From: an uncultured delta proteobacterium
GTDB taxonomy: Bacteria > Myxococcota_A > Polyangia > Palsa-1104
Reading direction: 5' to 3'
DNA: 64,000 nt
NCBI GenBank assembly: GCA_963785725.1
Contig: CAWAWS010000002.1
Location: 128,001-192,000 of the forward strand
In this document: in pieces, positions 51,674-62,740 of the stretch
How the letters are laid out: each line of letters starts with the position of its first letter
Numbering within the stretch: position 1 is the first letter of the stretch
The notes under the pieces: model-generated
Told to the model about the DNA's origin: nothing
Database searches by the model: none
The model's input: the letters and a program-made list of their open reading frames with translations, nothing else
Translations under genes and position numbers: made by a program

Positions 51674-52396
51674 GTGATCCCACTTCCCATCAGCGATGAG
51701 AACCCGGCGTCACGTAAGCCGGTCGTGACGATGGCGCTCATCGCGCTCAACGCCGTCGCCTGGCTGTTCGAGCTGGCGCACGGCGTCGACCTGTCGACGC
51801 TCGAATTCGGCCTCATTCCGCGCTGGATTCTGGCGGGGACGACGAGCGGCGTCTTGGAGCTGCCCGGTTACGCCGCGGTGCAGCTGCAGCAGCCGCTGCC
51901 CTGGCCGGCGACGATCTTGACGTCGATGTTCATGCACGGCAGCTGGATGCACATCATCGGCAACATGTGGTTTCTGTGGATCTTCGGCGACAACGTCGAA
52001 GACGCCATGGGCCGCGGCAAATACGTCGCCTTCTACTTCCTGTGCGGCATCGCGGCGGCGGCGGCGCAGATCGGCAGCGGCCCGTCGTCGCTGGCGCCGA
52101 TGGTGGGCGCCTCCGGCGCCATCGCCGGCGTGCTCGGCGCCTACTTGATGCTCTATCCGCACGCGCGCGTTCGCTGCTTGTGGATCCTCATCATCATCGT
52201 GACGACGATTTACGTGCCCGCGTGGCTGCTGTTGGGCTTGTGGTTCCTGTCGCAGCTCTTCATGCCGGGCCCGGGCGTGGCGTGGATGGCGCACGTCGGC
52301 GGCTTCGTCACCGGCTTTCTGCTGGTGCGGCTGTTCGTGACGAAGAAGCCGCCGCGCCGTCGCGACCGCTTTCCGCCGCTGTTCCAGCGCGCCTGA
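51674..52396 (+). CDS. Rhomboid intramembrane serine protease
   Basis: SMFMHG..HIIGNM, GASG, AHVGG. Confidence 0.93.
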   Translation: MIPLPISDENPASRKPVVTMALIALNAVAWLFELAHGVDLSTLEFGLIPRWILAGTTSGVLELPGYAAVQLQQPLPWPATILTSMFMHGSWMHIIGNMWFLWIFGDNVEDAMGRGKYVAFYFLCGIAAAAAQIGSGPSSLAPMVGASGAIAGVLGAYLMLYPHARVRCLWILIIIVTTIYVPAWLLLGLWFLSQLFMPGPGVAWMAHVGGFVTGFLLVRLFVTKKPPRRRDRFPPLFQRA

Positions 52397-52428
52397 CGCG
52401 CGCGCCCGATCGGCGCTAACATCAACGC

Positions 52429-53049
52429 GTGGACGAAGAGGAGCTGGACGGCGAAGCGGCCGAGCTGCGCGTCACCATCGTGCCGGCGCCGTCGGCAACG
52501 CCGTTCGTGCCGGTCGCGCCGGCGACCATCGAGTGGCAGTGGACCGGCGATCACTGCCACATCACCGGCGTCGTCATCGATGACAATGGTTCGCGCCACG
52601 AACGAACGCTGGCGCCGTGGCCGCATTGGCGTCGTCACGCCTGGTCGCGGGACGGCGCGCAGCTCCTCATCGGCGGCGCGGAAGAGGCGCACCTGCTGAC
52701 GCGCAGCGACGGCAAGTGGACGACGGTCCTGCACGATCCGGGCGCCAACGGCATCGAGGTCGCTTGGCTCGGCGGCGTGCCGGCGGCGGTGGGTGCGCAT
52801 CAGCTTGCCGTCGGTGAGGCGCGCCTGCCGACGAATCTGGCGTCGCTGGCGCGCGCGGTCGCCGGCGGCACGCTGCTCGTCGTCGCCGATCAGGACGGGC
52901 TGCGGCTGTTCGCCGCCGGCGCGCCCGCGCCACGGCTCATCGCGCGCAGCTGGCGCACGGTCGTCGACGCGTTCGACGACGCGACCGGCGCGCCGCACCT
53001 CGTCACCGCCGACGGCACGACCTGGCGGCTCCAGGTCAGCGCCGCCTAA
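52429..53049 (+). CDS. Hypothetical protein
   Basis: ORF fills the gap; TAACAT box 6 nt before GTG. Confidence 0.6.
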   Translation: MDEEELDGEAAELRVTIVPAPSATPFVPVAPATIEWQWTGDHCHITGVVIDDNGSRHERTLAPWPHWRRHAWSRDGAQLLIGGAEEAHLLTRSDGKWTTVLHDPGANGIEVAWLGGVPAAVGAHQLAVGEARLPTNLASLARAVAGGTLLVVADQDGLRLFAAGAPAPRLIARSWRTVVDAFDDATGAPHLVTADGTTWRLQVSAA

Positions 53050-53080
53050 CCGCGCGTCGCCGTGCGGGCTCAGCGAACGG

Positions 53081-53905
53081 TCAGCCGAGGATGAAGTCGG
53101 CGACGAGCGCGTGCGCGCGCGGCCAGGCTTTGTCATCGTACGAATGCGCGCCCGGCAGCGCCATGATCTCGGTCGTGGCCGCGAAGTGCGCGCGCAGCTC
53201 GTCGGGCGCGCCGAAGGGATCGCGCTCGCCCTGCACGATCAGCGTCGGCAGCGTCACGCGCGGCAGATGCTCGACGCGCAGTTTCTCCGGCTGTTTCGGC
53301 GGATGCAGCGGATAGCCGAGCAGCACGAGCCCGCGCGCTTCGTCGCCCGCCGCCGCCAAGTGCGACGCGATGCGCCCGCCCATCGACTTGCCGCCGATGA
53401 ACGGCAGGCGGCCGCCGAATTGCGCGCGCGCCAACGCCAGCGCCGCGCGCCAGCAGGACTCGAGCGCGTCGTTGCGATCGGGCGCGCCGCGGCCGGCCGC
53501 GCTGTACCAGAAGTCGAACGTGACGACGTCGATGCCGCGCGCCGCCAGCGCCACGGCGAAGCCGACCATGAACGCGTGTGACTGATTGGCGCCGGCGCCA
53601 TGCGCGAGCACGAGCAGCCGTCCGGCCGGCGTCGCCGCGCGATAGACGCGCGCTGTCGACGCCTTGTCCGCGACGGCAAAGCGCAGCTCGGTAAACGGTG
53701 AAGTTGCCGCCGGCTGCTTGGACGACCGACCGCGCGCCTTCGCGCGGCTCGCCGTCGGCTGCTGCGCGACCTTCGTGCTGCGCTGGGCGCCGCGGCCAGG
53801 CTTGACGCTCGCGGCCGCGCGGCTCGACTTCACCGCGCGGCGCGCTGGTTTCGCGGGCGCCGCTGGTTTCTGGCGCGACGGCTTTCGCGCTTTCGGGCGG
53901 CTCAA
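53081..53905 (-). CDS. Alpha/beta hydrolase (Tex30/KANL3-like) with basic low-complexity N-terminus
   Basis: [35 protein letters not shown]; start uncertain. Confidence 0.85.
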   Translation of the reverse strand: MSRPKARKPSRQKPAAPAKPARRAVKSSRAAASVKPGRGAQRSTKVAQQPTASRAKARGRSSKQPAATSPFTELRFAVADKASTARVYRAATPAGRLLVLAHGAGANQSHAFMVGFAVALAARGIDVVTFDFWYSAAGRGAPDRNDALESCWRAALALARAQFGGRLPFIGGKSMGGRIASHLAAAGDEARGLVLLGYPLHPPKQPEKLRVEHLPRVTLPTLIVQGERDPFGAPDELRAHFAATTEIMALPGAHSYDDKAWPRAHALVADFILG

Positions 53906-54255
53906 TCGACGCCGAGCAGCTCCACGTCGAAGTGCAGCGTCGCGTTCGGTCCGATGACGCCGCCGGCGCCGCGCGCGCCGTAGCCGAGATCGGGCGGGAT
54001 GATGAGGTTGCGGCGACCGCCGACCTTCATCGACATCACGCCTTCGTCCCAGCCCTTGATGACCTGCCCGACGCCGATCACGAACTGGAACGGGTCATTG
54101 CGGTCGCGCGAGCTGTCGAACTTCTTGCCGTTGGCGTCGTTGAGCGTGCCCGTGTAGTGCACGGTGACGCGCTTACCTTTGGTCGGCGACTTGCCGTCGC
54201 CCACTTTGACGTCGTTGTACTGCAGCCCGGAGGAGGTCACCACGTTGTCGGCCAT
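53902..54255 (-). CDS. FKBP-type peptidyl-prolyl isomerase
   Basis: [29 protein letters not shown]. Confidence 0.95.
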   Translation of the reverse strand: MADNVVTSSGLQYNDVKVGDGKSPTKGKRVTVHYTGTLNDANGKKFDSSRDRNDPFQFVIGVGQVIKGWDEGVMSMKVGGRRNLIIPPDLGYGARGAGGVIGPNATLHFDVELLGVD

Positions 54256-54268
54256 GGCGCGCACTTTA

Positions 54269-55243
54269 CTACGACTGCGCTTCGGTCGGCAGCACGATCA
54301 CGTCCAGCCGCTCCGTGCGACGAATCAGCGACAATTTCATCGGTCGCGCCACCTGCCACTGCGACAGGATGCGATGCACGTCGTCGACGGAGCGCGCCGG
54401 CTCGCCGTCGAGCGCGAGGATGAGATCGCCCTCTTTGACGTTGGCCAGCGCCGCCGGACCGACGGGCGTCACGCTCATGACCTCGACGGCCGACTCCTGC
54501 AAGAGCTCGAGGTGACGACGAATGCGCGGATCGATCTTGCGCGTCTGCGCCGCCACGCCGAGCCAGCTGCGCTTGACCCGACCGTGCGTCATCAGCTGTC
54601 CGACGACCCAGCGCGCCGTATCGATGGGCACGGCGAAGCTGATGCCTTGCGCGCCGAAGATGACGGCGGTGTTGATGCCGATGACGCGCGCGCGCGTGTC
54701 GACGAGCGGTCCGCCCGAGTTGCCGGGGTTGAGCGCCACGTCCGACTGAATGATGTTCTCCATCAAGCGGCCGTCTTGCGCGCGCATGTTGCGGCCGAGC
54801 GCCGACACGACGCCGGCCGACACCGTCGACGAGAAGCCGAGCGGATTGCCGATGGCGACGCACAGCTGACCGACACGCAACGTGGCCGACGCGCCAAACT
54901 CCGCGTGCGGCAGATGCTCGCCTTCGATGCGAATGACGGCCAAGTCGGTCGCCGGATCGGCGCCGATGAGCTGCGCCGGATGCGTCGAGCCGTCGGTGAG
55001 CGCGACCTCGAACGTGTGGCCGCCGGCGACGACGTGCGCGTTCGTCAAAATGTAACCGTCGGGCGTGAAGAGGACGCCGGAGCCGGCGCCGTTGCCCTCG
55101 CGACCTCGGCCTTTGGCATTCGCTTTCTGTGGACCGCGAACGGAGATGCTGACGACGGCCGGTCCGACCTCGTCGACGACGCGGGTGACTGCCGACGAAT
55201 AGGCGTCGAGCAGCTCACCGTCCGAGACGGCGATAGCAGCCAT
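54269..55243 (-). CDS. HtrA-like trypsin serine protease with one PDZ domain
   Basis: [22 protein letters not shown]-terminal PDZ. Confidence 0.92.
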   Translation of the reverse strand: MAAIAVSDGELLDAYSSAVTRVVDEVGPAVVSISVRGPQKANAKGRGREGNGAGSGVLFTPDGYILTNAHVVAGGHTFEVALTDGSTHPAQLIGADPATDLAVIRIEGEHLPHAEFGASATLRVGQLCVAIGNPLGFSSTVSAGVVSALGRNMRAQDGRLMENIIQSDVALNPGNSGGPLVDTRARVIGINTAVIFGAQGISFAVPIDTARWVVGQLMTHGRVKRSWLGVAAQTRKIDPRIRRHLELLQESAVEVMSVTPVGPAALANVKEGDLILALDGEPARSVDDVHRILSQWQVARPMKLSLIRRTERLDVIVLPTEAQS

Positions 55244-55367
55244 GCGATTCTCCTACTGTGCGTAGCGAAACGAGAGACGAGGGCCACGGCTCACGCACGC
55301 CCGGTAACCTGCGACACGACGTGAGCCGCGGCCTTCGCGGTTTACTTACTGCCTACTGAGGTGTGGC

Positions 55368-55877
55368 TTAGAGCGTGACGACGCCCGTGCGAATGAGGTA
55401 GGCGAGCTTGGCCCGCTGCTCCTCGCTCAACACGGCGTGAATCTCGCGCAGCGCCTTGACGACGGCGGTCTTGAGCCGCTCGGCCGACTGCACGCGCTGC
55501 TGCGCGCCTTCGGTCGCCTTGCCGTCGTCGAAGCCGGCGCCGCCGACGGCGTCGGCGAAGGCGGCCGTCGTGCGCCGCTGATCGACCTCGGCCTGCGCGC
55601 GCTCGGTCTTCAGCTCGTTGAGCACGCGAGCGAGCTCGCCCACTTGCTTCTCGTCGAGCTCGAGCTTGTAGGCCAAAAAGCGCAGCGGACGACGCACGCC
55701 GAACTCGCTGCCGCCGTGATCGTGGCCGGCCATGCGCTCGGCGAATTCGCGCCAATGCTGCCGCGGGCCGCCGTGATGATGCCCATGATGGCCATGGTCA
55801 TCGTAGTCGCCGGCAAAGTCGCCGCCGCAGTCGCCGCCATGGCGACCCTTCCACCACTGATAAAATCCTGGATGCAT
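55368..55877 (-). CDS. Spy/CpxP (LTXXQ)-like helical protein with His-rich N-terminus
   Basis: LELDEKQ and VLSEEQR motifs; HGHHGHHH. Confidence 0.65.
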   Translation of the reverse strand: MHPGFYQWWKGRHGGDCGGDFAGDYDDHGHHGHHHGGPRQHWREFAERMAGHDHGGSEFGVRRPLRFLAYKLELDEKQVGELARVLNELKTERAQAEVDQRRTTAAFADAVGGAGFDDGKATEGAQQRVQSAERLKTAVVKALREIHAVLSEEQRAKLAYLIRTGVVTL

Positions 55878-56036
55878 GATGCTTCCTCCGTCTGCCGAGG
55901 CGAAACGCGCTCGGCGGGCTCGTAAATGCGTGGGCAACATGCCTCACGCCTAAGCTTCAGCCTAAGACCGGGTTCGGAAGCTGTCAACGCGGCGACAGCG
56001 CTGCGAGTGCCGGCGCCAGGCAAAAATGCCGACGAG

Positions 56037-58591
56037 CTACGCGACCTTGCGCTTGCGCGGCAGAATCTTCTGCAGGAATTGGCCGGTGTAGCTGCGCTTG
56101 ACCTCGGCGACGGCTTCGGGCGTGCCTTGCGCGATGATTTCGCCGCCGCGCGCGCCACCTTCGGGGCCGAGATCGATGATCCAGTCGGCGCGCTTGATGA
56201 CGTCGAGGTTGTGCTCGATGACGAGCACCGTATTGCCCGACGCGACCAAGCGATCGAGCACGGCCATGAGGCGCTGAATGTCGCCGAAGTGCAGACCGGT
56301 CGTCGGCTCGTCGAGCACGTAGAGCGTGCGGCCGGTGTCGCGCTTGGCCAGCTCGCGCGACAGCTTGATGCGCTGCGCCTCGCCGCCCGACAGCGTCGTC
56401 GCCGGCTGACCGAGCTGCACGTAGCCGAGCCCGACGTCGTCGAGCGTCTTCAAGATGTGCACGATCTGCGGCTGATTGGCGAACAGCTCGAGCCCTTCGG
56501 CGACGGTGGTGCCCAGATCTCGCTGATGTTCTTGCCCTTCCACTGCACGCGCAGTGTGGCGTCGTTGAAGCGCTTGCCGCGGCAGACTTCGCACTGCACG
56601 TGCACGTTGGCCAAGAAGTGCATCTCGACCTCGCGCACGCCGTCGCCCTCGCACGCTTCGCAGCGGCCGCCGCGCACGTTGAAGCTGAACCGACCGGGCG
56701 CGTAGCCGTAGGTGCGCGCTTCCTGCGTGCCGGCGAACAGGTTGCGAATGTGGTCGAACGCTTTGGTGTACGTCGCCGGGTTCGAGCGCGGCGTGCGGCC
56801 GATCGGGTTCTGGTCGATGTCGATGACCTTGTCGATGAGCTCGACGCCGGCCAGGCTCTTGTGCGCGCCGACGCGAACCTGCGCGTCGTGCAATTGCCGT
56901 CGCAGCGCCGGATGCAGGATCTGATTGATCAGCGACGACTTGCCCGCGCCCGACACGCCCGTGACGGCGCACAAGACGCCGAGCGGAAAGCGGCAGTCGA
57001 CGTTCTTCAAGTTGTTCTCGCTGGCGCCGCGAATCTCGATCCAGCCGCTCGGACGACGGCGCGTCTCGGGCACGCTGATCTCGTCTTTTCCCGACAGGAA
57101 TCGCCCGGTCGGCGACTTCTTGTCGGCGCGCAGGTCGGCTGGCGTGCCTTGCGCGACGACTTTGCCGCCGCGACGACCGGCGCCGGGACCGAAGTCGAGG
57201 ACCCAGTCGGCGCTCTCGATCGTCTCCGCGTCGTGCTCGACGACGAGCACGCTGTTGCCGAGATCGCGCAGCCGCCGCAAGGTCGCGATGAGCCGCAAGT
57301 TGTCGCGCTGATGCAGCCCGATCGACGGCTCGTCGAGCACGTACATGACGCCCGACAGCTCCGAGCCCAGCTGCGACGCCAAGCGAATGCGCTGCGCCTC
57401 GCCGCCCGACAACGTCTCGGTCGCGCGATCGAGCGTCAGATATTCGAGGCCGACGTCGTTGAGAAAGCCTAGCCGCGCGTTGATCTCCTTGAGCACCTCG
57501 AAGGCGATCTGCTGCTTGGCGCCGGCCAGCTTCATGTTGGCGAAGTGCTTGCCGGCGTCGGCGACGGTCAAGCCGGTGGCGTCGCTGATCGACTTGCCGG
57601 CCAAGAAGACGGCGCGCGACTCGGGCCGCAGACGCAGGCCGTGGCACTCGGTGCACGCTTCGCCTTCGAGCTTCCAGCCTTCGCCCGACTGATGCTCCCA
57701 GCCGAGGTCGACCTTGCCGAGGCCGCTGCAGTGCGGGCACATGCCGAGCGGCGAGTTGAACGACAACATCTGCGGCGTCAGCTCGGGCAGACCGACGCCG
57801 CACTTCGGGCAGCCGCGCGCCTCCGAATACGCGCGCGCCCGCTCTTCGCCGTCGACGAGCACGCCGATCGCGCCTTTGCCGGCGCGCAGCGCCTGCTCCA
57901 CCGAGTCGGTCAGGCGCGCCCGCTCCGTCGCCACCAGCGTCAAGCGATCGATCACCAGCTCGATGGTGTGCTTCTTCAGCTTCTCCAGGCCCTGCACGTC
58001 CTCGAGGCGCACGACCATGCCGTCGATGCGCGCGCGCACGAAACCTTCCTTGCGCGCGTCGTCGAGCAGCTCGCGGAACTCGCCCTTGCGATGCTCCACT
58101 TTCGGCGCCAACAGCGTGACCTTCGTGCCTTTGGGCATGGCCAAGAGCTCGTCGACGATCTCGGCCGCCGAGCGCGCCGCGACCGGCCCGCCGCAGACGT
58201 GGCAGCGCTGCTCGCCGGCTCGCGCATAAAGCACGCGAAGATAGTCGTATATCTCCGTCACTGTGCCCACGGTCGAGCGCGGGTTGTGCGACGCCGACTT
58301 CTGCTCGATGGCGATCGTCGGCGACAGCCCGCGAATATGCTCGTACTTGGGCTTCTCCATCTGCCCCAAGAACTGCCGCGCATACGACGACAGCGACTCG
58401 ACGTAACGGCGCTGTCCCTCGGCGTACAGCGTGTCGAACGCCAGGCTCGACTTGCCCGAGCCCGAGACGCCGGTGAACACGACCAGCTTGCGCTTGGGAA
58501 TCTCGAGGTAGGCGATGTCGAGGTTGTGCTCGCGCGCACCCTTGACGACGATGAACTCCGACTCCGTAGCTTCCGGGCGCGGCTTTTTCAT
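56037..58591 (-). CDS. uvrA: Excinuclease ABC subunit A (apparent 1-base deletion near 56515; insertion domain absent)
   Basis: [36 protein letters not shown] twice, [22 protein letters not shown]. Confidence 0.95.
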
Positions 58592-58719
58592 GGGGGCTGA
58601 CAGTGTAGTCCGTGACCCCGGGCACGCCAGCGAATCCTGAATCACACCAAATTCCTCACGAATATTCAGGAAGAAAGCGTTGCCGCCTTTTTTGTCCCAC
58701 GGTGTCCAACATTGCTGCT

Positions 58720-59481
58720 ATGAGCCGATCGATGCGTTGGATGCTGTTCGCGGCGCTCGTCGCCGGATGTTCACCGACCACGGCGGTGGTCAACGGCAAG
58801 ACGGTGCCGCGCCTCGACATGGACTTCTACGGCCAGCCGTTCGCCGTGCAAGTCACGGGCGCGCATCCGCAGCCGGGCAGCCCGTCGGGCGGCCTGCGCG
58901 ACTTCGGCGGTCACGTCAGCGGCAACGTCTGCGGCCTCGAGCTCACGTACGACGTCATGCATCAGGGCGATCACACGCACATGACCGGCTTCGTCGACGA
59001 CGGGTCGTTCGAGTCGACGATCGACGTGCACGACGAAAAGGGCGTCACGCGGCGCATCGTCGGTCGGCTCGCCGAGCAAGGCACGGTCGACCTCGAGCTG
59101 CGCAAGAACCACATTTACGGCGTGGTCGGTCAGCGGCAGTTCGCGTTCGGACGTCGCGGCGATCAGTATGTCGGCTGGCTGAAGGTGCGGCAGAGCATCG
59201 TCGCCAAGGCCACCATCAACGGCGCGCCGGATTTGTGGACGATGCCGGCGGCGGCGCAGGCGGTAGTCTTGCCGGCGCTGCTCACGTGCTACGGCGACGC
59301 CATCGAGGACCGCCTGGGCAACAACTTCCAGATCGGCTTCGGCGGACATCAGAGCTGGGAGGCCCGCCACGTGAGCGCGCTCTATCACACGACGACGATG
59401 GACGAGCAGCAGATGCTCAACCACAGCTCCGGCGGCGGTCTCGGCGCGTCGGGGTTTAGCACGCAGGGTCAGACCCACTGA
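58720..59481 (+). CDS. Hypothetical lipoprotein
   Basis: Signal peptide with lipobox VAGC. Confidence 0.75.
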   Translation: MSRSMRWMLFAALVAGCSPTTAVVNGKTVPRLDMDFYGQPFAVQVTGAHPQPGSPSGGLRDFGGHVSGNVCGLELTYDVMHQGDHTHMTGFVDDGSFESTIDVHDEKGVTRRIVGRLAEQGTVDLELRKNHIYGVVGQRQFAFGRRGDQYVGWLKVRQSIVAKATINGAPDLWTMPAAAQAVVLPALLTCYGDAIEDRLGNNFQIGFGGHQSWEARHVSALYHTTTMDEQQMLNHSSGGGLGASGFSTQGQTH

Positions 59482-60131
59482 TGCGCGCCGTGGCCCTCAT
59501 GACGTTGTTCGCCTTCGCGGCGCCCGCTTGGGCCGACGAAACGCAGGTGTCACCGACGACGGCGCCGAGCCCGCTGGCGCCGCCGGCAGCGACGGTGACA
59601 CCGACGCCGACGCCGGCTCCGGAGCCGGCGGGCATTCAAGAGCCGCCGCCGCTTCCGCCGCCGCCCGCACCGCCGAAGCCGGTCGCGCCGCCGCCGCCGC
59701 CGGTCTCGTCGAAGACGACGCTGCCGGAGGTGCCCGAAGTGCCGGACGAGCCGCTGCCGGACTGGTCGCCGCCGCCGCCGACGCCGCGCGAGAACCGGCG
59801 CGCGCTCTTTTTGACGATGGCGCCCGAGGTTCAGCAGGCGCAGCGGCTGCGTCAGGCCGGCCTGTGGATCTCGGGGTTCGGCTGGGCCGGCGTGCTCACC
59901 GGCGGCATCCTCTACGGCCACACCAGCAACAACGATGTCGTGCAAGGCATCCCGGGCAATGGGCCGGGCGGCGTCAGCAACCTCGACGTGAACGCCGGCC
60001 TCGGCCTCATGATCGGCGGCGGCGCGGTCGCGCTCATCGGCGTCACGCTCTTCACTGCCGGCCAGTGGCAGCTGTCGGCGTGGCACAAGAAGCGCCCGTC
60101 GGACCGTATGCCGTCGATGAGCGGCTTCTAG
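59481..60131 (+). CDS. Pro-rich exported protein with C-terminal membrane helices
   Basis: Signal peptide AWA-D; long Pro-rich tract; two hydrophobic Gly-rich segments. Confidence 0.75.
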   Translation: MRAVALMTLFAFAAPAWADETQVSPTTAPSPLAPPAATVTPTPTPAPEPAGIQEPPPLPPPPAPPKPVAPPPPPVSSKTTLPEVPEVPDEPLPDWSPPPPTPRENRRALFLTMAPEVQQAQRLRQAGLWISGFGWAGVLTGGILYGHTSNNDVVQGIPGNGPGGVSNLDVNAGLGLMIGGGAVALIGVTLFTAGQWQLSAWHKKRPSDRMPSMSGF

Positions 60132-60187
60132 CAAGACCGCCGCTTCGCACGCCCACTCCCGCATGAACGCCTAGCGCCGCTTACGTT

Positions 60188-60613
60188 TCAGCCGCGCGTC
60201 ACGATCCAGTGGATGAGCGCCCAGAGAGCGACGATCGGCGTCGCCAGCGCCACCAGCACGACGACGAGCGCGCCCGCGACCAAGAGCCAATCGCCGGCCG
60301 TCGACGCCGGCCCCGTCGTGCGCGCGCGCAGCAGCGCCACGTTGCGGCGATTGGCCTTCCACGCGAAGTCGAACAGGTCGCCGGCGATGGGGATGGCTCC
60401 GACGAGCGCGTCCAGCGCCAGGTTGAGCAGCATGCGCGCCAGCGTCACCGCCGGCAGCCGGCGCGCGATGGCGACCGCGACGATGTAGAGGCCGAGCAGC
60501 GAGCCGATGACGTCGCCGACGCCAGGCAAGAAAAAGCCGAGCAGCGGATCGAGCCAGCGGTCATCGAGCCAATACGCCAGCGTCTCGGCGCGTTGCAGCT
60601 GGCGGTCATTCAT
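60188..60613 (-). CDS. DUF4112 family membrane protein
   Basis: LDPLLG..PGVGD, RMLLN, GAIPIAGDLFDFAWKANRRN. Confidence 0.85.
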   Translation of the reverse strand: MNDRQLQRAETLAYWLDDRWLDPLLGFFLPGVGDVIGSLLGLYIVAVAIARRLPAVTLARMLLNLALDALVGAIPIAGDLFDFAWKANRRNVALLRARTTGPASTAGDWLLVAGALVVVLVALATPIVALWALIHWIVTRG

Positions 60614-60668
60614 GGTCTGCAAGCTAAGCACGAATTTGTGCTTGACGCGGCCGTACACGATTCGTTAT

Positions 60669-60683
60669 TGAGTAATTGCTCAC
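60669..60683. promoter_or_regulatory. Putative TetR operator
   Basis: Near-palindrome TGAGTAATTGCTCA downstream of TTGACG (60642-60647) and just upstream of tetR. Confidence 0.65.
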
Positions 60684-60699
60684 TTACTAACGAGGCCAC

Positions 60700-61320
60700 G
60701 TGGCGCGTCCGATCCGCATCAGCGAAGAGAAGATTCTGGAGGCCGCACGCGCGGTCTTCCTCGATCTCGGCTTCGCCGGCACCACCGCCGAGGTCGCGCG
60801 CCGCGCCGGCGTCGCCGAGGGCTCGATCTTCAAGCGTTTCGCGACGAAGGTGGAGCTGTTTCGGGCGGCGATGCAGCCGGAGATGGACGAGCCCGACTGG
60901 CTGCGCACGCTGCTCAACGCCGAAGAAGGCGCCGATCCGCGCGACGTGCTGATGCAGTGCGGGCTGCAGGCGGTCGAGTTCCTGCGCCGGCTGATTCCGC
61001 TCATCATGATGCAGTGGTCGTCGGGCAAGCACTTCGGCCCGCCCGAGCATTTGCAAGGTCCGCACGGTCCGCCGCTGCGCGCGCTCAAGGCGTGGGCGGC
61101 GTTCTTCGAGCGCGAAATGCGCGCCGGCCGCATGCGTCAACATGAGCCCGAAGTCGTGGCACGGATGATGTTCGGCAGCATCCAAAGCTACGTGTTTTTC
61201 GAAATTCTGCTGCGCTCACCCGAGCGAATGACGTTGCCCGTCGAGGTCTATCTGCGCGGGCTCATCGACGTCTTGTGGAGCGGCGTCGCGCCGCCGGCCA
61301 AGAGGGGGCATCGAACGTGA
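60700..61320 (+). CDS. TetR/AcrR family regulator
   Basis: ILEAARAVF..GFAGTTAEVARRAGVAEGSIFKRFATK HTH. Confidence 0.93.
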   Translation: MARPIRISEEKILEAARAVFLDLGFAGTTAEVARRAGVAEGSIFKRFATKVELFRAAMQPEMDEPDWLRTLLNAEEGADPRDVLMQCGLQAVEFLRRLIPLIMMQWSSGKHFGPPEHLQGPHGPPLRALKAWAAFFEREMRAGRMRQHEPEVVARMMFGSIQSYVFFEILLRSPERMTLPVEVYLRGLIDVLWSGVAPPAKRGHRT

Positions 61321-61337
61321 CACGGTTTGTGGAGTTC

Positions 61338-62708
61338 ATGAGTAAGCGCTCACGCATTATGGGCGCCGCCGCAGTGGCGACGATGCTGTCGGGCCCGCTG
61401 GCGATGGCGCAGGCGCCCCAGCCGGAAGTCGCGCGCCAGGTGGACGCGCCGGCCCGCACGATGTCGATCGGCGAGGCGCTGTCGATCGCGCATCGCAACA
61501 ACCGCGACCTGGCGCAGGCCAAGGCGCGCATCGCGCAAGCGCACGCCGGCGTGCTGCAGGCGTGGGTCGCGCTCTTGCCGCAGGTGGCCGCGCAGGGCAA
61601 GTACACGCACAACTACAAAGAGGTCAAGCTCGACTTCGGCCCGGAGGCTGCGGCAGCGGGACTGCCCACCACGCCCATCGTCATCCAAAAGGGCGAGCAG
61701 CTCGACGCGTCGCTGACGGCGACCGTGCCGTTGGTCGTGCCGTCAGCCTATCAGGCGCTCAAGGCGGCGCAGGCGCTCGAGGACTCGAGCCGCGCCAACG
61801 ACGACGTCACCGATGCCACCGTGCTCTACACGACGGCGCAGACCTATTACGCCTGCGCCGGCGCCGATGAAGTGGTCGCCGCGCGTAAACACGCCGTCGT
61901 GCTCGAGACCAAGGCGCTCGACAACGCCAAGGCCCGGCTCGAGGCCGGCGTGGTCAACCGCGTGGAAGTGACGCGCGCCGAGCTGCAGCTGGTGCGCGCC
62001 CGTCAGGCCGTGCTCGAGGCGCAGGACGCCGCCGCGCAGTCGTATCGCGCGCTGGGCACGATCATGAACGTGCACGACGCCATCCAGGTCGTCGGCAGCG
62101 ACGAGCCGTCGGCACAGACCGCCGAGATCGACGCGCTGACGGCGCAGGCGCTCAGCCAGCGGCCCGAGTTCCCGGCGCTGCAAAAGACGATCACGTCCTA
62201 CGAGCTGCAGGAGAAGTCGAACCTGTGGAAGTGGGCGCCGACGCTGTCGGCGTTCGGCAACGCGCGCCTGTTCAACTACGCCGGCTTCTCGGGCGACAAG
62301 TATTCGTGGGCCATCGGCCTGCAGCTCGATTGGGTGCTGTACGACGGTGGCTTGCGCGACGGGCAGCGCAAGTTGGCGCTGGCGCAGCGGCAGGAGCAGG
62401 AGGCCAAGCTCGACCTCTTGCGCGACCAAGTGCGCGACGACGTCTACAACGCCGACCGCAACGTGCGCACCAAGCGCAGCGCGCTCGACACGGCCAAGCG
62501 CTCGGTGCAGCTGTCGAAGGAGACGCTCGATCTCGTCCAGGTGCAGCACGACGCGGGCACGGCGACGCAGCTCGACCTCCTGCAAGCGCAGGACAACCTG
62601 GTGTCGGCGGAAGTGGCGCTGGCGCAGGCGCGCTTCGACCTGTCGTTGGGCGCGCTGTCGCTCGAGCGGCTGTCCGGCGCGTTTCCGGCGAACCTGAAGC
62701 TCAAGTAA
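61338..62708 (+). CDS. TolC family outer-membrane efflux protein
   Basis: Signal peptide; two OEP repeats (LLPQV; WAPTLS; GTATQLDLLQAQ). Confidence 0.9.
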   Translation: MSKRSRIMGAAAVATMLSGPLAMAQAPQPEVARQVDAPARTMSIGEALSIAHRNNRDLAQAKARIAQAHAGVLQAWVALLPQVAAQGKYTHNYKEVKLDFGPEAAAAGLPTTPIVIQKGEQLDASLTATVPLVVPSAYQALKAAQALEDSSRANDDVTDATVLYTTAQTYYACAGADEVVAARKHAVVLETKALDNAKARLEAGVVNRVEVTRAELQLVRARQAVLEAQDAAAQSYRALGTIMNVHDAIQVVGSDEPSAQTAEIDALTAQALSQRPEFPALQKTITSYELQEKSNLWKWAPTLSAFGNARLFNYAGFSGDKYSWAIGLQLDWVLYDGGLRDGQRKLALAQRQEQEAKLDLLRDQVRDDVYNADRNVRTKRSALDTAKRSVQLSKETLDLVQVQHDAGTATQLDLLQAQDNLVSAEVALAQARFDLSLGALSLERLSGAFPANLKLK

Positions 62709-62740
62709 CCACGCACGCACAGTAAACGGACGAGGGGAAC

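Noticed and set aside
56037..58625. Two overlapping long ORFs read as two uvrA genes
   Set aside because: A single gene with one frameshift explains both
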